A stretch of 64,000 nt of DNA from the human T2T-CHM13v2.0 reference genome, Homo sapiens. A model generated the notes under the pieces. It was not told the origin of the DNA and did not search any database. It saw nothing but the letters and a program-made list of their open reading frames with translations. A program made the translations under genes and the position numbers. The DNA is taken from the NCBI RefSeq assembly GCF_009914755.1, contig NC_060925.1. One strand, written 5' to 3'. Of this stretch, positions 16,789 to 32,465 are shown piece by piece (position 1 is the stretch's first letter; each line of letters begins with the position of its first letter).

Positions 16789-18685
16789 GCTGAAGGAGGC
16801 GCCTGGCTGCCCCAAGAGCCCAGCCCGGCCCGGCCGTGCCCGCCGGATTGCAGCCGACACCGCCAGCCCGGGGCCGCGGGGCTCGGATCGGGGACCCCCG
16901 AGCCGCTGGCCCGCGGCCTTCCCCCGGCTCCCGCGCTCCCGAGCTTCCACCACATCGGGCCCGCTCGGAGCAGGGAGTGCTCCGAGGCGTCAGGGCCCAG
17001 GGCCCACGATCCTGGGACGCCCTCCGGTCCTCCGCCCTGTCGCGGAGGCAGCGTTTTGGATCCCTCGCCGCACAGGGGCTCCTGCGAGGCCCCCTCTTGC
17101 CCCACCCACCCAGAGCCGTCAGGGCTGGCCGAAGGCGAACAGCCGGCCCAGCCTCGCGGGGCCTTTCTCTCACAACGCCCCCACCACGGTCGCTTGTCCC
17201 GACCAAGACCCGGCCGGGGGGGCAAGAGGGCGTGGGGTGTAGCGGGTCGGGGGGTGGCCCTGTTTTGCCCCGGGCTGGCACTAGAGGCGGCGGCCTGATC
17301 TCGGGTGAGAGGGCCTGAGAGAAACCCAGACACACCCCACCGCCACCAGGAGCAAATCCACTCCCCCACACACAGACACACCCGGGCGCGCTCGCACGCG
17401 CGCGCGCGGACACACACACACACACACACACACAGACACACACGCACACACGCACGCGCACACGCACGCACACACACACGCGGCTTGAAGGAGAGCAAGG
17501 ACGAGATGGATCGAGAGATAGAGACCGAGGGAGGGAGAGAGACAGCGATCGAGAGAGACAGGGGAGGGCGAGAGGGAAGGAGACAGACAGAGAGGCTGAG
17601 AAAGAGAGAGGCACAGAGAAAGAGAGAGAGAGAGACAGAGAGACAGAGGGAAAACGACAGAAGTAGCGCGAGGTCCAGGGGGAAACCCAGAAGAGAGAGG
17701 CGGAGGGAGCTAGAGAGCGAGAGCGATAGAGCCTTAGAGAGGAAGCGCCCGGCTCCGTTAGGCAGCGCCCTCTTGAGCAGGCCGGGATAGGGTGGAGGGG
17801 GCTTGGGCTGCGCCCAGAACACGGGGGCCAGGCGGTCCGTGCGAGAGGACCAACGGAGCGCTGAGGCGGGCGTTTTCTTGGATGAATTGCTTGCTTTGGA
17901 GGTGGGTTTCGTAGGCTCCTGCCTTTCTTGGCACCTCCCTGTGCTCTGGGTGCCTTGCGGCGGGCCCCGAGATTTGCAGAGCGCGCCCGCCCGTTTGGCG
18001 GGAGCCGTGGCACCGGGCGGGCCCGGAGGCCTGGGTCTCTGGCGAGTCCTCGGGACTGGAGTCGTCGACACGAAGCGGGGGGCATTGGGAATCCCGGGTG
18101 CACAGGGCCTGTTTTCCCGGTGGCTGGCGAAGCAATGTCCTTCCCCCGGGTAAAGCAGCCCATGCGTTCCGGAGCCGACGTCTTGGCTGGCGTCTGTGGC
18201 ACCCGCTGCCCCTGCCCGCCCCTTCCCCCGGTTTGGAAGGGTGCGACGACGGCGCCCGATGGGTGAATTGAATCGCCTGGGCGTTCCGGGAGCGGGAAGG
18301 CACCGCGAACGGCAGGGAACCCAGCGGCTGCGCCTTTGGGGCCCGGGCCCCTGCCCTCCCAGGCTGGAGCCGGGCTCCTGGCGGGGCGGCGGCGAGGCGG
18401 AAGCGGTGGGATGCTGCTGCCCAGCCGGCGTGCAGTAGGGGCGGACCCCCAGCAGGAGGACCCCGGCTGCGGGCTGCGGCGGGGGTGTAGGTGGGCGGTA
18501 AAGGGGGAGCAGAGTCAGGGGAGGTTGGGAAGCATGGCGACTGTGGGGGGAAGGGAGGCAGCGGGGAAGCCACAAAAGCCTACAGCAGGCCGGGCGGGCG
18601 CGGTGGCTCGCGCCTGTAATCCCAGCACTCTGGGAGGCCGAGGCGGGTGGATCACGAGGTCAGGAGCTCCAGACCATCCCGGCTA

Positions 18686-19028
<343 letters not shown>

Positions 19029-20925
19029 GCTGAAGGAGGCGCCTGGCTGCCCCAAGAGCCCAGCCCGGCCCGGCCGTGCCCGCCGGATTGCAGCCGACAC
19101 CGCCAGCCCGGGGCCGCGGGGCTCGGATCGGGGACCCCCGAGCCGCTGGCCCGCGGCCTTCCCCCGGCTCCCGCGCTCCCGAGCTTCCACCACATCGGGC
19201 CCGCTCGGAGCAGGGAGTGCTCCGAGGCGTCAGGGCCCAGGGCCCACGATCCTGGGACGCCCTCCGGTCCTCCGCCCTGTCGCGGAGGCAGCGTTTTGGA
19301 TCCCTCGCCGCACAGGGGCTCCTGCGAGGCCCCCTCTTGCCCCACCCACCCAGAGCCGTCAGGGCTGGCCGAAGGCGAACAGCCGGCCCAGCCTCGCGGG
19401 GCCTTTCTCTCACAACGCCCCCACCACGGTCGCTTGTCCCGACCAAGACCCGGCCGGGGGGGCAAGAGGGCGTGGGGTGTAGCGGGTCGGGGGGTGGCCC
19501 TGTTTTGCCCCGGGCTGGCACTAGAGGCGGCGGCCTGATCTCGGGTGAGAGGGCCTGAGAGAAACCCAGACACACCCCACCGCCACCAGGAGCAAATCCA
19601 CTCCCCCACACACAGACACACCCGGGCGCGCTCGCACGCGCGCGCGCGGACACACACACACACACACACACACAGACACACACGCACACACGCACGCGCA
19701 CACGCACGCACACACACACGCGGCTTGAAGGAGAGCAAGGACGAGATGGATCGAGAGATAGAGACCGAGGGAGGGAGAGAGACAGCGATCGAGAGAGACA
19801 GGGGAGGGCGAGAGGGAAGGAGACAGACAGAGAGGCTGAGAAAGAGAGAGGCACAGAGAAAGAGAGAGAGAGAGACAGAGAGACAGAGGGAAAACGACAG
19901 AAGTAGCGCGAGGTCCAGGGGGAAACCCAGAAGAGAGAGGCGGAGGGAGCTAGAGAGCGAGAGCGATAGAGCCTTAGAGAGGAAGCGCCCGGCTCCGTTA
20001 GGCAGCGCCCTCTTGAGCAGGCCGGGATAGGGTGGAGGGGGCTTGGGCTGCGCCCAGAACACGGGGGCCAGGCGGTCCGTGCGAGAGGACCAACGGAGCG
20101 CTGAGGCGGGCGTTTTCTTGGATGAATTGCTTGCTTTGGAGGTGGGTTTCGTAGGCTCCTGCCTTTCTTGGCACCTCCCTGTGCTCTGGGTGCCTTGCGG
20201 CGGGCCCCGAGATTTGCAGAGCGCGCCCGCCCGTTTGGCGGGAGCCGTGGCACCGGGCGGGCCCGGAGGCCTGGGTCTCTGGCGAGTCCTCGGGACTGGA
20301 GTCGTCGACACGAAGCGGGGGGCATTGGGAATCCCGGGTGCACAGGGCCTGTTTTCCCGGTGGCTGGCGAAGCAATGTCCTTCCCCCGGGTAAAGCAGCC
20401 CATGCGTTCCGGAGCCGACGTCTTGGCTGGCGTCTGTGGCACCCGCTGCCCCTGCCCGCCCCTTCCCCCGGTTTGGAAGGGTGCGACGACGGCGCCCGAT
20501 GGGTGAATTGAATCGCCTGGGCGTTCCGGGAGCGGGAAGGCACCGCGAACGGCAGGGAACCCAGCGGCTGCGCCTTTGGGGCCCGGGCCCCTGCCCTCCC
20601 AGGCTGGAGCCGGGCTCCTGGCGGGGCGGCGGCGAGGCGGAAGCGGTGGGATGCTGCTGCCCAGCCGGCGTGCAGTAGGGGCGGACCCCCAGCAGGAGGA
20701 CCCCGGCTGCGGGCTGCGGCGGGGGTGTAGGTGGGCGGTAAAGGGGGAGCAGAGTCAGGGGAGGTTGGGAAGCATGGCGACTGTGGGGGGAAGGGAGGCA
20801 GCGGGGAAGCCACAAAAGCCTACAGCAGGCCGGGCGGGCGCGGTGGCTCGCGCCTGTAATCCCAGCACTCTGGGAGGCCGAGGCGGGTGGATCACGAGGT
20901 CAGGAGCTCCAGACCATCCCGGCTA

Positions 20926-21268
<343 letters not shown>

Positions 21269-23165
21269 GCTGAAGGAGGCGCCTGGCTGCCCCAAGAGCC
21301 CAGCCCGGCCCGGCCGTGCCCGCCGGATTGCAGCCGACACCGCCAGCCCGGGGCCGCGGGGCTCGGATCGGGGACCCCCGAGCCGCTGGCCCGCGGCCTT
21401 CCCCCGGCTCCCGCGCTCCCGAGCTTCCACCACATCGGGCCCGCTCGGAGCAGGGAGTGCTCCGAGGCGTCAGGGCCCAGGGCCCACGATCCTGGGACGC
21501 CCTCCGGTCCTCCGCCCTGTCGCGGAGGCAGCGTTTTGGATCCCTCGCCGCACAGGGGCTCCTGCGAGGCCCCCTCTTGCCCCACCCACCCAGAGCCGTC
21601 AGGGCTGGCCGAAGGCGAACAGCCGGCCCAGCCTCGCGGGGCCTTTCTCTCACAACGCCCCCACCACGGTCGCTTGTCCCGACCAAGACCCGGCCGGGGG
21701 GGCAAGAGGGCGTGGGGTGTAGCGGGTCGGGGGGTGGCCCTGTTTTGCCCCGGGCTGGCACTAGAGGCGGCGGCCTGATCTCGGGTGAGAGGGCCTGAGA
21801 GAAACCCAGACACACCCCACCGCCACCAGGAGCAAATCCACTCCCCCACACACAGACACACCCGGGCGCGCTCGCACGCGCGCGCGCGGACACACACACA
21901 CACACCCACACACAGACACACACGCACACACGCACGCGCACACGCACGCACACACACACGCGGCTTGAAGGAGAGCAAGGACGAGATGGATCGAGAGATA
22001 GAGACCGAGGGAGGGAGAGAGACAGCGATCGAGAGAGACAGGGGAGGGCGAGAGGGAAGGAGACAGACAGAGAGGCTGAGAAAGAGAGAGGCACAGAGAA
22101 AGAGAGAGAGAGAGACAGAGAGACAGAGGGAAAACGACAGAAGTAGCGCGAGGTCCAGGGGGAAACCCAGAAGAGAGAGGCGGAGGGAGCTAGAGAGCGA
22201 GAGCGATAGAGCCTTAGAGAGGAAGCGCCCGGCTCCGTTAGGCAGCGCCCTCTTGAGCAGGCCGGGATAGGGTGGAGGGGGCTTGGGCTGCGCCCAGAAC
22301 ACGGGGGCCAGGCGGTCCGTGCGAGAGGACCAACGGAGCGCTGAGGCGGGCGTTTTCTTGGATGAATTGCTTGCTTTGGAGGTGGGTTTCGTAGGCTCCT
22401 GCCTTTCTTGGCACCTCCCTGTGCTCTGGGTGCCTTGCGGCGGGCCCCGAGATTTGCAGAGCGCGCCCGCCCGTTTGGCGGGAGCCGTGGCACCGGGCGG
22501 GCCCGGAGGCCTGGGTCTCTGGCGAGTCCTCGGGACTGGAGTCGTCGACACGAAGCGGGGGGCATTGGGAATCCCGGGTGCACAGGGCCTGCTTTCCCGG
22601 TGGCTGGCGAAGCAATGTCCTTCCCCCGGGTAAAGCAGCCCATGCGTTCCGGAGCCGACGTCTTGGCTGGCGTCTGTGGCACCCGCTGCCCCTGCCCGCC
22701 CCTTCCCCCGGTTTGGAAGGGTGCGACGACGGCGCCCGATGGGTGAATTGAATCGCCTGGGCGTTCCGGGAGCGGGAAGGCACCGCGAACGGCAGGGAAC
22801 CCAGCGGCTGCGCCTTTGGGGCCCGGGCCCCTGCCCTCCCAGGCTGGAGCCGGGCTCCTGGCGGGGCGGCGGCGAGGCGGAAGCGGTGGGATGCTGCTGC
22901 CCAGCCGGCGTGCAGTAGGGGCGGACCCCCAGCAGGAGGACCCCGGCTGCGGGCTGCGGCGGGGGTGTAGGTGGGCGGTAAAGGGGGAGCAGAGTCAGGG
23001 GAGGTTGGGAAGCATGGCGACTGTGGGGGGAAGGGAGGCAGCGGGGAAGCCACAAAAGCCTACAGCAGGCCGGGCGGGCGCGGTGGCTCGCGCCTGTAAT
23101 CCCAGCACTCTGGGAGGCCGAGGCGGGTGGATCACGAGGTCAGGAGCTCCAGACCATCCCGGCTA

Positions 23166-23508
<343 letters not shown>

Positions 23509-25404
23509 GCTGAAGGAGGCGCCTGGCTGCCCCAAGAGCCCAGCCCGGCCCGGCCGTGCCCGCCGGATTGCAGCCGACACCGCCAGCCCGGGGCCGCGGG
23601 GCTCGGATCGGGGACCCCCGAGCCGCTGGCCCGCGGCCTTCCCCCGGCTCCCGCGCTCCCGAGCTTCCACCACATCGGGCCCGCTCGGAGCAGGGAGTGC
23701 TCCGAGGCGTCAGGGCCCAGGGCCCACGATCCTGGGACGCCCTCCGGTCCTCCGCCCTGTCGCGGAGGCAGCGTTTTGGATCCCTCGCCGCACAGGGGCT
23801 CCTGCGAGGCCCCCTCTTGCCCCACCCACCCAGAGCCGTCAGGGCTGGCCGAAGGCGAACAGCCGGCCCAGCCTCGCGGGGCCTTTCTCTCACAACGCCC
23901 CCACCACGGTCGCTTGTCCCGACCAAGACCCGGCCGGGGGGGCAAGAGGGCGTGGGGTGTAGCGGGTCGGGGGGTGGCCCTGTTTTGCCCCGGGCTGGCA
24001 CTAGAGGCGGCGGCCTGATCTCGGGTGAGAGGGCCTGAGAGAAACCCAGACACACCCCACCGCCACCAGGAGCAAATCCACTCCCCCACACACAGACACA
24101 CCCGGGCGCGCTCGCACGCGCGCGCGCGGACACACACACACACACCCACACACAGACACACACGCACACACGCACGCGCACACGCACGCACACACACACG
24201 CGGCTTGAAGGAGAGCAAGGACGAGATGGATCGAGAGATAGAGACCGAGGGAGGGAGAGAGACAGCGATCGAGAGAGACAGGGGAGGGCGAGAGGGAAGG
24301 AGACAGACAGAGAGGCTGAGAAAGAGAGAGGCACAGAGAAAGAGAGAGAGAGAGACAGAGAGACAGAGGGAAAACGACAGAAGTAGCGCGAGGTCCAGGG
24401 GGAAACCCAGAAGAGAGAGGCGGAGGGAGCTAGAGAGCGAGAGCGATAGAGCCTTAGAGAGGAAGCGCCCGGCTCCGTTAGGCAGCGCCCTCTTGAGCAG
24501 GCCGGGATAGGGTGGAGGGGGCTTGGGCTGCGCCCAGAACACGGGGGCCAGGCGGTCCGTGCGAGAGGACCAACGGAGCGCTGAGGCGGGCGTTTTCTTG
24601 GATGAATTGCTTGCTTTGGAGGTGGGTTTCGTAGGCTCCTGCCTTTCTTGGCACCTCCCTGTGCTCTGGGTGCCTTGCGGCGGGCCCCGAGATTTGCAGA
24701 GCGCGCCCGCCCGTTTGGCGGGAGCCGTGGCACCGGGCGGGCCCGGAGGCCTGGGTCTCTGGCGAGTCCTCGGGACTGGAGTCGTCGACACGAAGCGGGG
24801 GGCATTGGGAATCCCGGGTGCACAGGGCCTGCTTTCCCGGTGGCTGGCGAAGCAATGTCCTTCCCCCGGGTAAAGCAGCCCATGCGTTCCGGAGCCGACG
24901 TCTTGGCTGGCGTCTGTGGCACCCGCTGCCCCTGCCCGCCCCTTCCCCCGGTTTGGAAGGGTGCGACGACGGCGCCCGATGGGTGAATTGAATCTCCTGG
25001 GCGTTCCGGGAGCGGGAAGGCACCGCGAACGGCAGGGAACCCAGCGGCTGCGCCTTTGGGGCCCGGCCCCCTGCCCTCCCAGGCTGGAGCCGGGCTCCTG
25101 GCGGGGCGGCGGCGAGGCGGAAGCGGTGGGATGCTGCTGCCCGGCCGGCGTGCAGTAGGGGCGGACCCCCAGCAGGAGGACCCCGGCTGCGGCTGCAGCG
25201 GGGGTGTAGGTGGGCGGTAAAGGGGGAGCAGAGTCAGGGGAGGTTGGGAAGCATGGCGATTGTGGGGGGAAGGGAGGCAGCGGGGAAGCCACAAAAGCCT
25301 ACAGCAGGCCGGGCGGGCGCGGTGGCTCGCGCCTGTAATCCCAGCACTCTGGGAGGCCGAGGCGGGTGGATCACGAGGTCAGGAGCTCCAGACCATCCCG
25401 GCTA

Positions 25405-25747
<343 letters not shown>

Positions 25748-27644
25748 GCTGAAGGAGGCGCCTGGCTGCCCCAAGAGCCCAGCCCGGCCCGGCCGTGCCC
25801 GCCGGATTGCAGCCGACACCGCCAGCCCGGGGCCGCGGGGCTCGGATCGGGGACCCCCGAGCCGCTGGCCCGCGGCCTTCCCCCGGCTCCCGCGCTCCCG
25901 AGCTTCCACCACATCGGGCCCGCTCGGAGCAGGGAGTGCTCCGAGGCGTCAGGGCCCAGGGCCCACGATCCTGGGACGCCCTCCGGTCCTCCGCCCTGTC
26001 GCGGAGGCAGCGTTTTGGATCCCTCGCCGCACAGGGGCTCCTGCGAGGCCCCCTCTTGCCCCACCCACCCAGAGCCGTCAGGGCTGGCCGAAGGCGAACA
26101 GCCGGCCCAGCCTCGCGGGGCCTTTCTCTCACAACGCCCCCACCACGGTCGCTTGTCCCGACCAAGACCCGGCCGGGGGGGCAAGAGGGCGTGGGGTGTA
26201 GCGGGTCGGGGGGTGGCCCTGTTTTGCCCCGGGCTGGCACTAGAGGCGGCGGCCTGATCTCGGGTGAGAGGGCCTGAGAGAAACCCAGACACACCCCACC
26301 GCCACCAGGAGCAAATCCACTCCCCCACACACAGACACACCCGGGCGCGCTCGCACGCGCGCGCGCGGACACACACACACACACCCACACACAGACACAC
26401 ACGCACACACGCACGCGCACACGCACGCACACACACACGCGGCTTGAAGGAGAGCAAGGACGAGATGGATCGAGAGATAGAGACCGAGGGAGGGAGAGAG
26501 ACAGCGATCGAGAGAGACAGGGGAGGGCGAGAGGGAAGGAGACAGACAGAGAGGCTGAGAAAGAGAGAGGCACAGAGAAAGAGAGAGAGAGAGACAGAGA
26601 GACAGAGGGAAAACGACAGAAGTAGCGCGAGGTCCAGGGGGAAACCCAGAAGAGAGAGGCGGAGGGAGCTAGAGAGCGAGAGCGATAGAGCCTTAGAGAG
26701 GAAGCGCCCGGCTCCGTTAGGCAGCGCCCTCTTGAGCAGGCCGGGATAGGGTGGAGGGGGCTTGGGCTGCGCCCAGAACACGGGGGCCAGGCGGTCCGTG
26801 CGAGAGGACCAACGGAGCGCTGAGGCGGGCGTTTTCTTGGATGAATTGCTTGCTTTGGAGGTGGGTTTCGTAGGCTCCTGCCTTTCTTGGCACCTCCCTG
26901 TGCTCTGGGTGCCTTGCGGCGGGCCCCGAGATTTGCAGAGCGCGCCCGCCCGTTTGGCGGGAGCCGTGGCACCGGGCGGGCCCGGAGGCCTGGGTCTCTG
27001 GCGAGTCCTCGGGACTGGAGTCGTCGACACGAAGCGGGGGGCATTGGGAATCCCGGGTGCACAGGGCCTGTTTTCCCGGTGGCTGGCGAAGCAATGTCCT
27101 TCCCCCGGGTAAAGCAGCCCATGCGTTCCGGAGCCGACGTCTTGGCTGGCGTCTGTGGCACCCGCTGCCCCTGCCCGCCCCTTCCCCCGGTTTGGAAGGG
27201 TGCGACGACGGCGCCCGATGGGTGAATTGAATCGCCTGGGCGTTCCGGGAGCGGGAAGGCACCGCGAACGGCAGGGAACCCAGCGGCTGCGCCTTTGGGG
27301 CCCGGGCCCCTGCCCTCCCAGGCTGGAGCCGGGCTCCTGGCGGGGCGGCGGCGAGGCGGAAGCGGTGGGATGCTGCTGCCCGGCCGGCGTGCAGTAGGGG
27401 CGGACCCCCAGCAGGAGGACCCCGGCTGCGGGCTGCGGCGGGGGTGTAGGTGGGCGGTAAAGGGGGAGCAGAGTCAGGGGAGGTTGGGAAGCATGGCGAT
27501 TGTGGGGGGAAGGGAGGCAGCGGGGAAGCCACAAAAGCCTACAGCAGGCCGGGCGGGCGCGGTGGCTCGCGCCTGTAATCCCAGCACTCTGGGAGGCCGA
27601 GGCGGGTGGATCACGAGGTCAGGAGCTCCAGACCATCCCGGCTA

Positions 27645-27987
<343 letters not shown>

Positions 27988-29883
27988 GCTGAAGGAGGCG
28001 CCTGGCTGCCCCAAGAGCCCAGCCCGGCCCGGCCGTGCCCGCCGGATTGCAGCCGACACCGCCAGCCCGGGGCCGCGGGGCTCGGATCGGGGACCCCCGA
28101 GCCGCTGGCCCGCGGCCTTCCCCCGGCTCCCGCGCTCCCGAGCTTCCACCACATCGGGCCCGCTCGGAGCAGGGAGTGCTCCGAGGCGTCAGGGCCCAGG
28201 GCCCACGATCCTGGGACGCCCTCCGGTCCTCCGCCCTGTCGCGGAGGCAGCGTTTTGGATCCCTCGCCGCACAGGGGCTCCTGCGAGGCCCCCTCTTGCC
28301 CCACCCACCCAGAGCCGTCAGGGCTGGCCGAAGGCGAACAGCCGGCCCAGCCGCGCGGGGCCTTTCTCTCACAACGCCCCCACCACGGTCGCTTGTCCCG
28401 ACCAAGACCCGGCCGGGGGGGCAAGAGGGCGTGGGGTGTAGCGGGTCGGGGGGTGGCCCTGTTTTGCCCCGGGCTGGCACTAGAGGCGGCGGCCTGATCT
28501 CGGGTGAGAGGGCCTGAGAGAAACCCAGACACACCCCACCGCCACCAGGAGCAAATCCACTCCCCCACACACAGACACACCCGGGCGCGCTCGCACGCGC
28601 GCGCGCGGACACACACACACACACACACACACAGACACACACGCACACACGCACGCGCACACGCACGCACACACACACGCGGCTTGAAGGAGAGCAAGGA
28701 CGAGATGGATCGAGAGATAGAGACCGAGGGAGGGAGAGAGACAGCGATCGAGAGAGACAGGGGAGGGCGAGAGGGAAGGAGACAGACAGAGAGGCTGAGA
28801 AAGAGAGAGGCACAGAGAAAGAGAGAGAGAGAGACAGAGAGACAGAGGGAAAACGACAGAAGTAGCGCGAGGTCCAGGGGGAAACCCAGAAGAGAGAGGC
28901 GGAGGGAGCTAGAGAGCGAGAGCGATAGAGCCTTAGAGAGGAAGCGCCCGGCTCCGTTAGGCAGCGCCCTCTTGAGCAGGCCGGGATAGGGTGGAGGGGG
29001 CTTGGGCTGCGCCCAGAACACGGGGGCCAGGCGGTCCGTGCGAGAGGACCAACGGAGCGCTGAGGCGGGCGTCTTCTTGGATGAATTGCTTGCTTTGGAG
29101 GTGGGTTTCGTAGGCTCCTGCCTTTCTTGGCACCTCCCTGTGCTCTGGGTGCCTTGCGGCGGGCCCCGAGATTTGCAGAGCGCGCCCGCCCGTTTGGCGG
29201 GAGCCGTGGCACCGGGCGGGCCCGGAGGCCTGGGTCTCTGGCGAGTCCTCGGGACTGGAGTCGTCGACACGAAGCGGGGGGCATTGGGAATCCCGGGTGC
29301 ACAGGGCCTGTTTTCCCGGTGGCTGGCGAAGCAATGTCCTTCCCCCGGGTAAAGCAGCCCATGCGTTCCGGAGCCGACGTCTTGGCTGGCGTCTGTGGCA
29401 CCCGCTGCCCCTGCCCGCCCCTTCCCCCGGTTTGGAAGGGTGCGACGACGGCGCCCGATGGGTGAATTGAATCGCCTGGGCGTTCCGGGAGCGGGAAGGC
29501 ACCGCGAACGGCAGGGAACCCAGCGGCTGCGCCTTTGGGGCCCGGCCCCCTGCCCTCCCAGGCTGGAGCCGGGCTCCTGGCGGGGCGGCGGCGAGGCGGA
29601 AGCGGTGGGATGCTGCTGCCCGGCCGGCGTGCAGTAGGGGCGGACCCCCAGCAGGAGGACCCCGGCTGCGGCTGCGGCGGGGGTGTAGGTGGGCGGTAAA
29701 GGGGGAGCAGAGTCAGGGGAGGTTGGGAAGCATGGCGACTGTAGGGGGAAGGGAGGCAGCGGGGAAGCCACAAAAGCCTACAGCAGGCCGGGCGGGCGCG
29801 GTGGCTCGCGCCTGTAATCCCAGCACTCTGGGAGGCCGAGGCGGGTGGATCACGAGGTCAGGAGCTCCAGACCATCCCGGCTA

Positions 29884-30226
<343 letters not shown>

Positions 30227-32122
30227 GCTGAAGGAGGCGCCTGGCTGCCCCAAGAGCCCAGCCCGGCCCGGCCGTGCCCGCCGGATTGCAGCCGACACCG
30301 CCAGCCCGGGGCCGCGGGGCTCGGATCGGGGACCCCCGAGCCGCTGGCCCGCGGCCTTCCCCCGGCTCCCGCGCTCCCGAGCTTCCACCACATCGGGCCC
30401 GCTCGGAGCAGGGAGTGCTCCGAGGCGTCAGGGCCCAGGGCCCACGATCCTGGGACGCCCTCCGGTCCTCCGCCCTGTCGCGGAGGCAGCGTTTTGGATC
30501 CCTCGCCGCACAGGGGCTCCTGCGAGGCCCCCTCTTGCCCCACCCACCCAGAGCCGTCAGGGCTGGCCGAAGGCGAACAGCCGGCCCAGCCGCGCGGGGC
30601 CTTTCTCTCACAACGCCCCCACCACGGTCGCTTGTCCCGACCAAGACCCGGCCGGGGGGGCAAGAGGGCGTGGGGTGTAGCGGGTCGGGGGGTGGCCCTG
30701 TTTTGCCCCGGGCTGGCACTAGAGGCGGCGGCCTGATCTCGGGTGAGAGGGCCTGAGAGAAACCCAGACACACCCCACCGCCACCAGGAGCAAATCCACT
30801 CCCCCACACACAGACACACCCGGGCGCGCTCGCACGCGCGCGCGCGGACACACACACACACACACACACACAGACACACACGCACACACGCACGCGCACA
30901 CGCACGCACACACACACGCGGCTTGAAGGAGAGCAAGGACGAGATGGATCGAGAGATAGAGACCGAGGGAGGGAGAGAGACAGCGATCGAGAGAGACAGG
31001 GGAGGGCGAGAGGGAAGGAGACAGACAGAGAGGCTGAGAAAGAGAGAGGCACAGAGAAAGAGAGAGAGAGAGACAGAGAGACAGAGGGAAAACGACAGAA
31101 GTAGCGCGAGGTCCAGGGGGAAACCCAGAAGAGAGAGGCGGAGGGAGCTAGAGAGCGAGAGCGATAGAGCCTTAGAGAGGAAGCGCCCGGCTCCGTTAGG
31201 CAGCGCCCTCTTGAGCAGGCCGGGATAGGGTGGAGGGGGCTTGGGCTGCGCCCAGAACACGGGGGCCAGGCGGTCCGTGCGAGAGGACCAACGGAGCGCT
31301 GAGGCGGGCGTCTTCTTGGATGAATTGCTTGCTTTGGAGGTGGGTTTCGTAGGCTCCTGCCTTTCTTGGCACCTCCCTGTGCTCTGGGTGCCTTGCGGCG
31401 GGCCCCGAGATTTGCAGAGCGCGCCCGCCCGTTTGGCGGGAGCCGTGGCACCGGGCGGGCCCGGAGGCCTGGGTCTCTGGCGAGTCCTCGGGACTGGAGT
31501 CGTCGACACGAAGCGGGGGGCATTGGGAATCCCGGGTGCACAGGGCCTGTTTTCCCGGTGGCTGGCGAAGCAATGTCCTTCCCCCGGGTAAAGCAGCCCA
31601 TGCGTTCCGGAGCCGACGTCTTGGCTGGCGTCTGTGGCACCCGCTGCCCCTGCCCGCCCCTTCCCCCGGTTTGGAAGGGTGCGACGGCGGCGCCCGATGG
31701 GTGAATTGAATCGCCTGGTCGTTCCGGGAGCGGGAAGGCACCGCGAACGGCAGGGAACCCAGCGGCTGCGCCTTTGGGGCCCGGCCCCCTGCCCTCCCAG
31801 GCTGGAGCCGGGCTCCTGGCGGGGCGGCGGCGAGGCGGAAGCGGTGGGATGCTGCTGCCCGGCCGGCGTGCAGTAGGGGCGGACCCCCAGCAGGAGGACC
31901 CCGGCTGCGGCTGCGGCGGGGGTGTAGGTGGGCGGTAAAGGGGGAGCAGAGTCAGGGGAGGTTGGGAAGCATGGCGACTGTAGGGGGAAGGGAGGCAGCG
32001 GGGAAGCCACAAAAGCCTACAGCAGGCCGGGCGAGCGCGGTGGCTCGCGCCTGTAATCCCAGCACTCTGGGAGGCCGAGGCGGGTGGATCACGAGGTCAG
32101 GAGCTCCAGACCATCCCGGCTA

Positions 32123-32465
<343 letters not shown>
